Source: Savitreella phatthalungensis
Lineage: Eukaryota
Assembly: GCA_051599415.1 (NCBI GenBank)
Contig: AP039710.1
Span: 124,001 to 188,000 of the forward strand
Reading direction: 5' to 3'
Length of the DNA stretch: 64,000 nucleotides
A program made the position numbers and the translations under genes. Under the pieces are notes generated by a model that was not told the origin of the DNA, ran no database searches, and saw nothing but the letters and a program-made list of their open reading frames with translations. Below are positions 10,681-21,133 of this stretch, one piece after another. Each line of letters starts with the position of its first letter. The first letter of the stretch is position 1.

Positions 10681-12837
10681 CCTTCAGCCGCTTCCACCAT
10701 ACTTGATTGACCATCACATTTCTCGGGCTGGGTCTCATGCAAGCCAAAAGAAGGACGACCACACGATACAGGAAGGTGATGGATCTTCATTCCCGAGATG
10801 CACTTTGTCTCCGATGTTTCCCCAGGAATTTCACGTCCGAGACATACATACCAAGCAGTGTCTATAACGTTCTTTCCCGGCGTCTTACCTCGAATGCCCA
10901 GAGTCAGACTAGGACTTTGTGTCTGACAGAAGAACTCGAGTCGTGTGCATCGAAGAGGTGTCCTTGGGGGAATGACAGGGCTGACTGAGGAATCGATCGG
11001 GAGACGGAACCCATAACCTGCCTGAATAAGGGAGAGGCGGTCTCCTGTGAAGCCCCCTTTTGGACCCTCACGCTGGCAGACCTGCTACAGCCTTGCTTCT
11101 CACCCTGTTGAGAGCAATCCGACGACCATCTGCTTGTCTATTATTTGTCCTCTTCCTTCAGTCTTCTCAGCTTTGACATTGACAAGGGGTAAACAAACAC
11201 AAACGGCTCAGCCAAAACAAAAACAGGTAACCGGAGACTGTCAAATGACAATTTCATCTAGCTTCCACCTCGACGAGAAGGATTCTCAATCTACATCGAG
11301 TCAATCACCTAGACGCGACCATTTCGCATCCTCAAAGCGTGGGCCCGTCTAGTCTTCCTCTTACGGTCCAAGGGTCACCAAGTCACGTCAAGTCACGTCG
11401 AGTCAAAACAAGTCAAGTCACCTCGAGTCAGGTCACTGGGTACAACGTGACAAAGGCCCTTTTCTTCACCCGTTTGCCGATCGGATTATCAAATTTGTCC
11501 GAGGATATAGTGTCAAGGTGTGCATGCTTATCATAGCTGCATGATTGACTTCTTCCTCTAAAGATCTTACACGGCCGGCGATGAAGGCTCCAGGTGACTG
11601 AACCGATCCACAAATAGGTGATGGACCGAGTGAGTCGTTGTCTATGCCATGCACCCGTGCATCAACGCATCTTGGCAAGAACCTCTCTCCCAGCCTGCAT
11701 TCTTCAACTATGTCATGTCCTACACCAGAAGGACCTTTCCGTGAACGCGTGACCTAGTTGTACGGAGGATGAGACCAAGAAAAGACAAGAGATGAAGTGG
11801 AATGGGTTTCCATTCATCTATCTCTCTCTCTTTCTCTCTTTGTCTCTTTCTCTTTTTCGCTAAGCTTCACTAGACGAGACTTCCGATCCACCTGGACTAC
11901 ATCATCGCTCCTTTTGGGCGGTGGGTCCTGTTTTGATCATGCATGTGGATGTGGTCGCGGGAAAACTACTTCGGATGACGCAGTTGCCGCCCATCAAGGA
12001 GTTCTCCAGGAATGTACCACACCAATCTTCGCGCTCTACCACGCCTACGGTAAACTTGCAGGATCACATGCACTTCTACTCTTTATATCCCCGACCACCC
12101 CCATCAACCCTGTCCCATGACCTCATTTGAACTCCTCGCTGAGCTCTCTGTCGATTTCACAGATCGGGGAGGTACAAATCCAGATTGAGTGGAAGCCCAC
12201 ACAGTTCCCACCTGGCGATCCGTACATTCTCCCCAAGGCCTTCGTCATCCTGCAGGACCGCGGAAACGGAATGTCAACAACGGCTGTGCTGCAGGGCGTG
12301 ACAGATTCCTGTGAAGCCACACAGTATTTCTGTGACGTGATCGCTTACGGTTGCTCAATGTGCTTGTTTGTTTGTTGTTGTTAGATGGGTCCTTGTCTTC
12401 GAGCTGGGTGACGTAGCTGGGCGCACACCTTTCACCATCAACACCCTATCCATCAACACCCTATCCAGCCAGGGCCCATTCCACGCCCTCACAAGACCTT
12501 GCCGGTCGCTTCCTCCTGTGCCCTCGGACGCCTTCTCAACACTCGTGAATGATTCCCCTGTCCCTTGCCCTCGCACACAGTCAAATACTTCCGTCCGCGT
12601 GCAGCCCTGACCCACCTGTCACCAACACGTGTCACTTCAACATGAAACCTCGATCTTCATCTTATCTTATCACACGTGGACGAGATCAAGGTTTCAGGAT
12701 TAGACGTGTCGTGCTGATAGCGTTTCAGGTAGATACTCATACATGTCAGATCTCACCCACTCCACAATATACCTGCTCTACTCTTCTTGAGTACATGTCA
12801 TCGTTATTGCTGCGCCTTACTCTTCTAGACACCTGTG

Positions 12838-14235
12838 TTACTGACTCGATTGTCGACTTGCTCGCCAGCTTGCCTGCGATCGCGGACCGAGAGCGGCGAC
12901 GGCTGCGCTTGCTACCATGCAGGATCCTGTGAAAAGGACGATGGGCTGGTACCTGCTTGCCGCGTACGCCACTCTGTCGATGCCTCTGTTGATTAGACCG
13001 GCCGAGATTGGTCCTGCGAGGACATTGCCAAGTCCCTTGCCAAAGTTCAACAACCCAAACGCTGCGAATGCACTTGTCGAGTCGCTTGTGACAGCAGTGC
13101 CCATGCGACCCCAGAGCGCAGTGTACCCTGCGCCGAAAAAGCCGTAGATAATGGCAAATACGCACAGGAGTGCGAGATTCTTCGACAGTCCCCAGATTGC
13201 CAGGACCGCGACAGCCGTAACAGCAGTCGACGTGACGGCGAGCACATTGATTGATAGTCGGCCATCCGACATATACCCAAACCCAAACTGTCCAAACACC
13301 TGGCTCACGCACATCAGTGCCAGCAGAAGAGCTCCCATGCGTCCGCTTAGTCCGATGCTCGTCGCGTATGACGGCAGGTAGAGTGACGGGAAGAAGTAGC
13401 CAAATCCCTGAGCGAGATTCGACACGGAGTAGACCCAGAAGAGCGGCACTCGGAGAAAGCCCCAGTCTGTGTGGGAAGACGATGGGTTCGCCGAAGGGTG
13501 TCGGTCTCGAGCGACGTGCTTTTTGCCCTTTAAAAAGATGATCAGGGGTGCTGTAGCGATGACGAGACCGACTGCGACTGCTCGCAGGGTGGTCGCCGAG
13601 CCGTACTTTGTGAGCATCGCCTCGAGTGTGAATGGAAACAGGACGCCTGAGAACCCTGAAGCACTGCACAGCAAGCCGTATGCCATCCCTCGCCGGCCCA
13701 CCCAGTACTCGTTCACCATCCCAAGGATTGGGTAGTACGAGAGCGTGAATCCGAGCCCATATATGACGCCCTGGCAGAAGATCACGCCGCCGATACTGTG
13801 GGTGAACGAGCTCGCGAGCACCCCACCAATACACAAGCCCCACCCAACCCAGATCATCGCCGCCCTGTACGGCCTGGTCCGTTTCAGCAATGGAATCACC
13901 ACCGGCGCGCCCATGTACGAGATCCCGGAAGCCACGGTGCCGATGACCGAGACGAAGCGGTGGTCGGAGAAGGTCGCAGACGATGCGTAGTAGTTCTGGA
14001 ACACGCCGAACGAGAGCGGGAAACCCCACATCAGAGACTCAAACACAAATGCAGTGATAAGGATCCGCCATGCCGCTTTACCGCCGTCAATGCGCTCCTC
14101 CTCGTCATCAGCCACGACTGCAGTGTCGGTAGGCGTCTGTGCATCAATCGCGGACAGGTCCCTGCCATCACGGCTCACAGTCCCAAGCTCTACTTGCGTC
14201 GGTGGCTGCGTCTGCGTCTGAGCAGGTACACCCAT
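12838..14235 (-). CDS. MFS transporter, monocarboxylate porter (MCT/MCH)-like
   Basis: 465 aa, ~12 hydrophobic segments, N-terminal DGGKAAW...WGFPLSFGVFQNYY and EYWVGRRGMAYG motifs typical of fungal MCT-family permeases. Confidence 0.88.
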   Translation of the reverse strand: MGVPAQTQTQPPTQVELGTVSRDGRDLSAIDAQTPTDTAVVADDEEERIDGGKAAWRILITAFVFESLMWGFPLSFGVFQNYYASSATFSDHRFVSVIGTVASGISYMGAPVVIPLLKRTRPYRAAMIWVGWGLCIGGVLASSFTHSIGGVIFCQGVIYGLGFTLSYYPILGMVNEYWVGRRGMAYGLLCSASGFSGVLFPFTLEAMLTKYGSATTLRAVAVGLVIATAPLIIFLKGKKHVARDRHPSANPSSSHTDWGFLRVPLFWVYSVSNLAQGFGYFFPSLYLPSYATSIGLSGRMGALLLALMCVSQVFGQFGFGYMSDGRLSINVLAVTSTAVTAVAVLAIWGLSKNLALLCVFAIIYGFFGAGYTALWGRMGTAVTSDSTSAFAAFGLLNFGKGLGNVLAGPISAGLINRGIDRVAYAASRYQPIVLFTGSCMVASAAVAALGPRSQASWRASRQSSQ

Positions 14236-14653
14236 ACGTCAGTCGATCTCAAGGCGGACGTTCTTCCGCCTGTGCTTCCAAGTAGTCTACTCGTAGACGT
14301 GCCTGGTCATACGATCCCCCGCACTCTCTGCGCATTAAACCTCCGGAACTCCGAGGCTGTTTCGAGATTTGATGGATTTGATCAAATTGATTGCGTTTCA
14401 GGTTGATTTATGGATGCATGTGATTCTGATACTGTTTCAGATTGCGTTTCAGACAGATCGAGGTCATTGTCACGTGCGCGTGAGTGTCTTTGGAAGCTCG
14501 TACAAGGAGCACTACATGGCAAAGTCGAGCTTCCAGGTCGAAGTTGTTGACGTACACTTCTGAGGACGTCTGATTACAACCTGTTTGATCACTTGTGCTG
14601 CTGCTACTTCTCGATCCCCTGGCCAGTCCTCAACCGCACGCCACACGTCCGTG

Positions 14654-15877
14654 ATGCCACTCCCACCTAACCTCACACCGACTCATGAAGCTCTTCTGAC
14701 CGCTTTACTACATTTATCCTCTCGAATTTGGCCATGCTTGCCTCTGCCGCTTCCTCAACTGCACGTCGTGCTCTGCGAGGCGGATGCAGACTGGAGCAAC
14801 GCCGACGGCTGGACGTTTCGACAATTAGTGACTCAACTTGCTCTCGATCGTCCTCACCTGCTGTGTGCACAGGAAGACCGTCTGGTATACCTGACCCGTG
14901 CTCCAATACCTCTTGCCTCTACAAGACACCCTCGTGCACCCCCTGCTTCGCACCGGGACATCTGCGTCGCGCAGCTATCATCACAGCGGCAGGATCCTCG
15001 GACGTACCTGTGTCCATTCAGATCCCTTCGCCTTTGCGTTGGTGAGCGAGGTGCTGGGAACTGCCCGCTGGTCCACTTCAGCGAGCTTGTTGGTGGGTGC
15101 ACGGATGTGCGACTTGGAGACTGCTCGTACCTCGATACCTGTCACCGCCCGCACCTCTGCAGGTTCCTCCATTACGCTGACCCCGTCCCTCCAATCCCCA
15201 CACCCCTAAAGCCCCAGCCACCAAACCCAAGACTCCCGCACGTCCCACCACCATCACCAATCCGCGCTGACCTCAGCGCAATCAACCTCCCAAAAACCCT
15301 AGGCACTCACTGGGACGTCATCATCGCAGACCCACCATGGGATATTGCCATGCAGTTACCGTACACGACGCTGGGTGACAGCGTGCTGCTGGGGTTGGAT
15401 GTGGGTGGGTTGCAGGTGGATGGTGGATTGATGGCGCTGTGGACGACGAATCGGACGTCAGAGCTGGGTCGTCGGTGTCTGAGTGTGTGGGGATACGAGG
15501 TTGTGGAGGAGGTTGTGTGGGTGAAGGTGAATGGTCTCCATCGGACGATCAAGTCAGGCAGGACGGGACACTGGCTCAATCACTCCAAGGAGCACGTCCT
15601 GGTCGCAGTCAAGGGAGGCAAGCACGCCGCCAGATTTCACGGCAAGATCGACACCAACGTGATTGTCGCAGAGGTCATGGAAACCTCTCGGAAACCAGTC
15701 GACCTGTACCAGATGCTCGAGAGACTGGTGGATGGGTGGGTGTCTGGAGAGCCGTGGCTACGGTCGTTTGAGTACGAAGGGGATCTCACAGGGTTGAAGT
15801 GTAGCAAGAAGCTGGAGTTGTTCGGCAGGACACACAATTTGAGACCTGGCTGGACGACAGTCGGCGACCAAGTCTAG
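14654..15877 (+). CDS. IME4: mRNA N6-adenosine methyltransferase catalytic subunit (IME4/METTL3, MT-A70 family)
   Basis: First ATG 14654 in ORF 14585..15877. Two CCCH-type fingers (CPFRSLRLC...CPLVHF; CSYLDTCHRPHLCRFLHY), catalytic DVIIADPPW, GRTGHWLNHSKEH, TSRKP and KLELFGRTHNLRPGW motifs characteristic of METTL3. Confidence 0.93.
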   Translation: MPLPPNLTPTHEALLTALLHLSSRIWPCLPLPLPQLHVVLCEADADWSNADGWTFRQLVTQLALDRPHLLCAQEDRLVYLTRAPIPLASTRHPRAPPASHRDICVAQLSSQRQDPRTYLCPFRSLRLCVGERGAGNCPLVHFSELVGGCTDVRLGDCSYLDTCHRPHLCRFLHYADPVPPIPTPLKPQPPNPRLPHVPPPSPIRADLSAINLPKTLGTHWDVIIADPPWDIAMQLPYTTLGDSVLLGLDVGGLQVDGGLMALWTTNRTSELGRRCLSVWGYEVVEEVVWVKVNGLHRTIKSGRTGHWLNHSKEHVLVAVKGGKHAARFHGKIDTNVIVAEVMETSRKPVDLYQMLERLVDGWVSGEPWLRSFEYEGDLTGLKCSKKLELFGRTHNLRPGWTTVGDQV

Positions 15878-15912
15878 CAATTGACATTACAGCAGAGGAG
15901 ATATCTCTAGGT

Positions 15913-17763
15913 CTACGATGCGGCCGCATACGGCTTACCCAGCTCGTCGTAGTCGATTGGTTCACCTTCAGCATCGTCCCATCGACCTGCACTCTTTGCG
16001 AGCGACGTCAGCAGTCTGCCGCCGTCAAACTCTGGCAGGTGAATCTCGACAAACTTGACGCCACTGACCGACAGGAATCGTGGGTTCGAGAGCAGGCAGG
16101 TGAGCTGTGACTCTGTGTGGATGGAGTACGTCGAGGTGTGGTATTCGTCTGCGGCGGCAGCAGACGATGAGGATGCATCGAGCTCGGATGTGCGATCATG
16201 GGAGTCTGCACCGAGGAATCGCAGGGTCTCGGTGTATCGCCAGGCCGTGTTGATCTGGTTGTAGTCTCTCCTGGCGCCGTGGAGGAACTTCTCGACGGTG
16301 TAGCCGTTGTTGTTGATGAGGAAGATGGTGGCGTCGAGTTTGTTACGGACGAGGGTGGAGAGCTCCTGGCAGGTCATCTGGAAAGATCCGTCACCCAGGA
16401 AACCAATCACCCTGCCTCCAGGTGTTTGGGTGGATGTCCGAGTCTTGTTCGCTACAGACGCGCCAACCAACGCAGCAGTACCGAATCCGATCGAGGCCCA
16501 CAGGTACTGGACCACGATCGATGCACGTGCAGGTAGCTTGAGGTCGAGGACGCCGAAGCCACAGGTGCCAGGCTCGGCACAAAGGACATCGCCTTCTCCT
16601 AGGAACTTCTCGATTGATCTCCAGAAGAATGGGTACGAGAGCTTGCCCTGGCCATCTTTGGATGGTTGTGGGTCTGGGAGTGAGAGTCCCTTGGGGACCT
16701 TGACGGCCGACTTGATCGGCAGGTCTGTGGTCTGCTGGTGGTTGATGGCTTTTACGAGTTTCGGGAGGAGACGCTTCATGCCGACTTGCTCGAACTTACC
16801 GCCTCGAACGAGGGTGTATGCTGCGTGGAGTTCGACCACTTTCTGGTGTGTAGTGTCAAGGGAGAACATGCCCGTGTTGAGGTCTGTCGGGATGTGACCG
16901 ACAAACAGAACCATGTCGGCCGAGTAGAAGGCCTCTGCGACAGATGCCAGCGAAAGCTTCCCTGCGTACACACCCGCATAATTTGGCAGGTGCTCGCTCA
17001 CTGACCCCTTGCCCATCGCAGACACAAAGTAAGGGACCTCTGGGAGGGAGCGGACGAGTGCATCGACCTCACCGAGGATATTGTCACGATTGCCACCGGC
17101 GTCACACAGGATGATGGGTGACTTGGAGTTCTTCAGCAGGCCGACGATATGGTCAATCACAATCTCCTCCAGAGCGTCCCAGTTGTCGGGTTGATCGAGA
17201 TCAAGCGGCTTGTCGAGGTTCTGTGCTGGGAACTGAAGCTGATTGACGAGGTCCTGCGGAAGGGAGATGTATATGGGCTGGTTGCGACGCATCGAGAGAG
17301 CCAGTGCGGAATCAAGTTCCTCAGCTGTCGTTCGATCATGAACATTCACCTGTGCGACAGTGCAGGACTTCCACATATCCGGGAAGCAGGTGGGTGAGTG
17401 GTTTGGTCCGAGTGTGTGGTGGAGGATCTTGCCTGCGCGAGTGGCCTGCGTCGACGGCACGCCGACAAGGTGGATCACTGGCACCTGCTCGGCGTAAGAC
17501 CCTGCAAGAGCGTTCAGCGCAGACAGTTCGCCGACGCCACATGTCGAAACAAACATGGCCGCACCATTCACGCGCGAGTACCCATCGGCCGCATAGGCAC
17601 CGTTCAACTCGTTCGTCGAGCCGCGCCAGGTCAGATCCTTGTCATCCTCAATTGCGTCGAGGAAGTGCAGGTTGAAGTCGCCAGGGACGCCAAAGATGTC
17701 TCTGATTCCGAGCTGCTTGATGCGCGTTAGGAGGTACTGCGAAAACGGCACAGTCTTTGTCAT
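15913..17763 (-). CDS. PDC: Pyruvate decarboxylase-family ThDP-dependent 2-oxoacid decarboxylase
   Basis: First ATG 17763 (MTKTVPFSQYLLTRIKQLG). Motifs FGVPGDFNL, NELNGAYAADGYSR, ILHHTLG and ThDP motif GDGSFQMT...INNNGYTVE. Substrate specificity (PDC versus ARO10-like) not determined. Confidence 0.92.
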   Translation of the reverse strand: MTKTVPFSQYLLTRIKQLGIRDIFGVPGDFNLHFLDAIEDDKDLTWRGSTNELNGAYAADGYSRVNGAAMFVSTCGVGELSALNALAGSYAEQVPVIHLVGVPSTQATRAGKILHHTLGPNHSPTCFPDMWKSCTVAQVNVHDRTTAEELDSALALSMRRNQPIYISLPQDLVNQLQFPAQNLDKPLDLDQPDNWDALEEIVIDHIVGLLKNSKSPIILCDAGGNRDNILGEVDALVRSLPEVPYFVSAMGKGSVSEHLPNYAGVYAGKLSLASVAEAFYSADMVLFVGHIPTDLNTGMFSLDTTHQKVVELHAAYTLVRGGKFEQVGMKRLLPKLVKAINHQQTTDLPIKSAVKVPKGLSLPDPQPSKDGQGKLSYPFFWRSIEKFLGEGDVLCAEPGTCGFGVLDLKLPARASIVVQYLWASIGFGTAALVGASVANKTRTSTQTPGGRVIGFLGDGSFQMTCQELSTLVRNKLDATIFLINNNGYTVEKFLHGARRDYNQINTAWRYTETLRFLGADSHDRTSELDASSSSAAAADEYHTSTYSIHTESQLTCLLSNPRFLSVSGVKFVEIHLPEFDGGRLLTSLAKSAGRWDDAEGEPIDYDELGKPYAAAS

Positions 17764-18064
17764 GGTGGTGGAAGTGAAGTTAAATGCCTGAGAAGGTGCG
17801 GAACGCTGATGTAGGCAAAGGGCCTGGGCAACAGTGATGATAGATGGGCGAAGCTCTGGAACAGAAATGCGGAGAACTGCGTTGACCTTTCGGCAGTATA
17901 GGGCTGTACTGTGGATCAAGCGATCCGAAACAGAGCCAATGACGACAAGACACTGCGAGAGTACCGAACTCACCAAGAACTTCGAGGATACGGGTTGAGA
18001 GGCAGAGTCTGAGGATGATACGGGTGCTGTACGAGGAGGTACGTGTCAGAGAACTGAGAGTTTG

Positions 18065-18072
18065 TGTGACTG
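18065..18072 (-). promoter_or_regulatory. HomolD-like box (CAGTCACA) upstream of the PDC gene
   Basis: TGTGACTG on the + strand equals CAGTCACA on the - strand, followed in the PDC direction by a pyrimidine-rich leader. HomolD is a known fission-yeast core promoter element; function here is inferred. Confidence 0.35.
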
Positions 18073-18426
18073 AAGTGGATGACCTTTCTCGGCACTTCCG
18101 AACTTTTGTGTTTTCCCTCGTGATCAGATCAAGTTTACGATAGATTGAACTCTAATTTTCGTATCTGACCTTGATTAGATTCAAATTTGGTTTTGTGACA
18201 CCTTGAAAGATCACAAATTACCTGATTCGGAAGGTGTCACAGAGAACAAGCAATCAATCTGAAACTGATAACCCGAAGTCACGTGCACGACAGGTTACGT
18301 CGTCCATCTGAAGACGTCACTCGAGGTAAAGGTGGAAAGAGTGTTTATACGGGTTCAGAGGTCGATTACTTCGACTCAGAGGGCGCTCACTGCGACATGA
18401 GTGGATGTAGACTACTCAATGGCACT

Positions 18427-19971
18427 ATGAGACAGTTTCAGAGGATTCAAGTGAGGCTCTTACGTACATTACCGTCAGGAAGACCAGGTTTACGCTCTTC
18501 AAGACCTCGATATGGTGCTCCGACTGCTGCAGGCGCAAGCGTCAGAGCCAGAGCCCGAGCTCAAGCTCGCGCAGGTGAAAGCACAGGAGCTCGGATACCT
18601 CGTGAAAGATCAACTGTTGCTCCTGACGAAGATGTTCGATCAACAGCAGTGACAATCGCCGAGGACCAGGACTCCATTCTGTCACGCCACGGCACGTCCG
18701 GTGCAGTAACACTCGTCAGTCAGCCTGCATTAGTCGTATGTCGTCAGATCGAGATGCTGAATATCTTTGCTGGTTTCGAGGAGGCGAATCGGTATGTGAT
18801 TTACGGCGGAGATGGCTCGGTGATTGGGTACATTGCAGAGGAAGGTGGTGGGCTGGGAAAGGGTATTGCCAGGCAGATGGCAGGTACACACAGAGCCTTC
18901 TCCTGCGCTGTGCTCGATCCTGCAGGCAACGTGATCCTCCGCATCCGCAGACCATTCTCCTGGGTGAACTCGCGCATCCAGGTCCTGACCGTGGACGCAG
19001 CCACTGGAGATGAGACGCTCGTCGGAGAGACACTCCAGCGATGGCACCCGCTCAGGCGTAAATACGAGCTCTACCTGAACCGCACGACATCGATGGTTCA
19101 GTTTGGGGCGGTGGATGAGCCGCCACTCTCTTGGGACTTCAGCGTTCTGGGAGAGGGCGGAAAGCTGCTGGGAAGTGTAAATCGAAACATGCGCGGGCTG
19201 ATGAGGGAGCTCTTCTCGGACACAGGACACTACGTGCTGCGGATGGATGCTGCATCTCCGCGCACCACAAATCTATCGACTTCCGGCATCGTCGCATCCC
19301 CTGCCGCAGCTTCAGGCGAGGCCGCTGAGGCGAGAGACGCGATCGCTGCCACTGCACACCGACAGGTTCTCAATCAAGCAAATAACACGACACAGGGACA
19401 GACAGCACTGGCGACTGTACCGACGCGAAGCATGTCGCTCGATGAGCGCGCCGTGCTTTTAGCTACTGCTGTCACGATCGATTTCGACTACTTCTCGAAG
19501 CTCTCGCGGGCTGGTCCTGGTATGGGTGGTGGGTTTGGCATGCCCCTGCCGATCTTCATGCCGATTCCTGGGTTTGGTGGCGGCGGAGGCGGCGGCCAAC
19601 AGACCCCACAGGACTCAATCGGCACGGAATCCACACCTGGCGCACTCACTCCAGAGCAGGTCCAGCAAGACGTCGCAGATACCGCAGGAGCCTCGGGACA
19701 AGATATGCCGTGGTGGCAGCAGGAAGCAGAAGCTTCCGATTCCGACTATGCGCCTAGCGACACGGGTATGCAGGGAGGGTACAACGACAGCAACGGCGGC
19801 GGGTTCTCTCAACCACAGGGCCAAGAAGGCGGTAATTGGTGGGACAACGCTGGCGGACCAGGCATGCAAGATGACGGTGATCCGTGGGCAGACACTGACC
19901 GAGACCTGTGGGGCGGTGACGATGGCGGTGGCGGCGATTGGGGAGGCGGTGGTGGCGACGGTGGATGGTGA
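18427..19971 (+). CDS. AIM25: Phospholipid scramblase-family protein (AIM25-like), probably mitochondrial
   Basis: Likely ATG 18427 (another in-frame ATG lies just upstream) giving an Arg-rich presequence MRQFQRIQVRLLRTL. Scramblase motifs RQIEMLNIFAGFEEANRY, RRPFSWVNS, WHPLRRKYEL and DERAVLLATAVTIDFDYFS; Gly/Asp/Trp-rich tail. Confidence 0.85.
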   Translation: MRQFQRIQVRLLRTLPSGRPGLRSSRPRYGAPTAAGASVRARARAQARAGESTGARIPRERSTVAPDEDVRSTAVTIAEDQDSILSRHGTSGAVTLVSQPALVVCRQIEMLNIFAGFEEANRYVIYGGDGSVIGYIAEEGGGLGKGIARQMAGTHRAFSCAVLDPAGNVILRIRRPFSWVNSRIQVLTVDAATGDETLVGETLQRWHPLRRKYELYLNRTTSMVQFGAVDEPPLSWDFSVLGEGGKLLGSVNRNMRGLMRELFSDTGHYVLRMDAASPRTTNLSTSGIVASPAAASGEAAEARDAIAATAHRQVLNQANNTTQGQTALATVPTRSMSLDERAVLLATAVTIDFDYFSKLSRAGPGMGGGFGMPLPIFMPIPGFGGGGGGGQQTPQDSIGTESTPGALTPEQVQQDVADTAGASGQDMPWWQQEAEASDSDYAPSDTGMQGGYNDSNGGGFSQPQGQEGGNWWDNAGGPGMQDDGDPWADTDRDLWGGDDGGGGDWGGGGGDGGW

Positions 19972-21133
19972 ACGTCTATTCGACGAAATTTGCGCATGAC
20001 ATAGAGCATCATGCCGGTGCGCCGCGCCAATATCGAGAACGTCAGAGCGATTATAGAGACATGTCGACACGTATTGTCACGATGAGAGTGACCGGACTCT
20101 CTGGGTTCCTGATATCGGTGCAAGTGCCAGTACTCAAGCCCATGTTATAGATAGCCTTCTTCGGAGACATTGGATCAGGAGTTCACACAAGCCAGAGGCA
20201 ACAGAGCTATGATGGTGATCGGCCTGAGAAGAGCAGATCAAAGCAAGGCAGCCTTTGAGTATTGGGACAACGGAGCACACCGAGCGCATAGGCACGCTTA
20301 CATTGTGTGGTTGGCACCTCAGCTGCAAGAGTCTGCCAGGTGATATGCAAAGTTTATGCGCATCACACAGAGCTTGTAAGGCCTGATGAGAGGCAGAGAG
20401 GTGGATGAGCATCACAAAAAGGAAAGACAGGCGCGTCTTCAATGACTCGCGTTTGACCAAGGACAGCTTCTGCGTGGGTAGTTGCCTATGTGTACGGTCT
20501 CTACTCCCACATCGGATGGACCTGGGACGCGACTACATTTAATCTTCTTTGTCCCTGGGACCATTGGTCAGAGTGACCGGGCTCTGGTTGACGGGAAAGA
20601 GAAAGGTCGAGAGGACAAGTATCAAGGTTGGCAAGACTCCTGCCTCACGCGTCCTGGTCAGGCAAGGTCAGATACCTGAATGCCATGAGACCTGTATCTG
20701 CATGGCTGGCTTTCTCATATCTCCCATGGGCATAACCATTACTTTGGTTCTTTCGGTTGGTACCCATCCCTCCTTCCCCCTTCAGCCTAAGGCCAACTTA
20801 AGAGTTTTCACCCGTCAAATCAGAATTGACACAGGGTTCTGGCTAGGAAGCATACGCTAGCTCGTCAGGCTCACCAGCGTCCGTCTCATCAGGCCTCCTA
20901 TCAGGGTACACTGGGAACTTTAATTTGCCTGCCGTGTTGTCGTCCATCGTGTCTGTCGTTCTAGGTCTCAAGAAGGTTCTACAACGAATCACCGGGCTCG
21001 AGGATCTGCTCCAGTGAGACCATGAGCTCTCGACTCTCGGGCGCACTCGCGCTCGCGTTTGAAGCAATGCCATATAACGGAACGTTGACCCACTCGATTC
21101 TCCTCTCCACTATCGGAGACTTCCACAGTCATC

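Noticed and set aside
12746..14029. 427-aa same-strand alternative-frame ORF inside the MFS gene
   Set aside because: Arg/Pro-rich frame-shift shadow with no recognisable domain.
12838..14235. Horizontal acquisition of the MFS transporter
   Set aside because: No compositional break or mobile-element flanks visible; would need a phylogeny to support.
15875..15910. Stop-codon readthrough context TAG CAA TTG at the IME4 end
   Set aside because: Imperfect match to the CARYYA consensus, and the extension (xQLTLQQRRYL) has no clear targeting signal.
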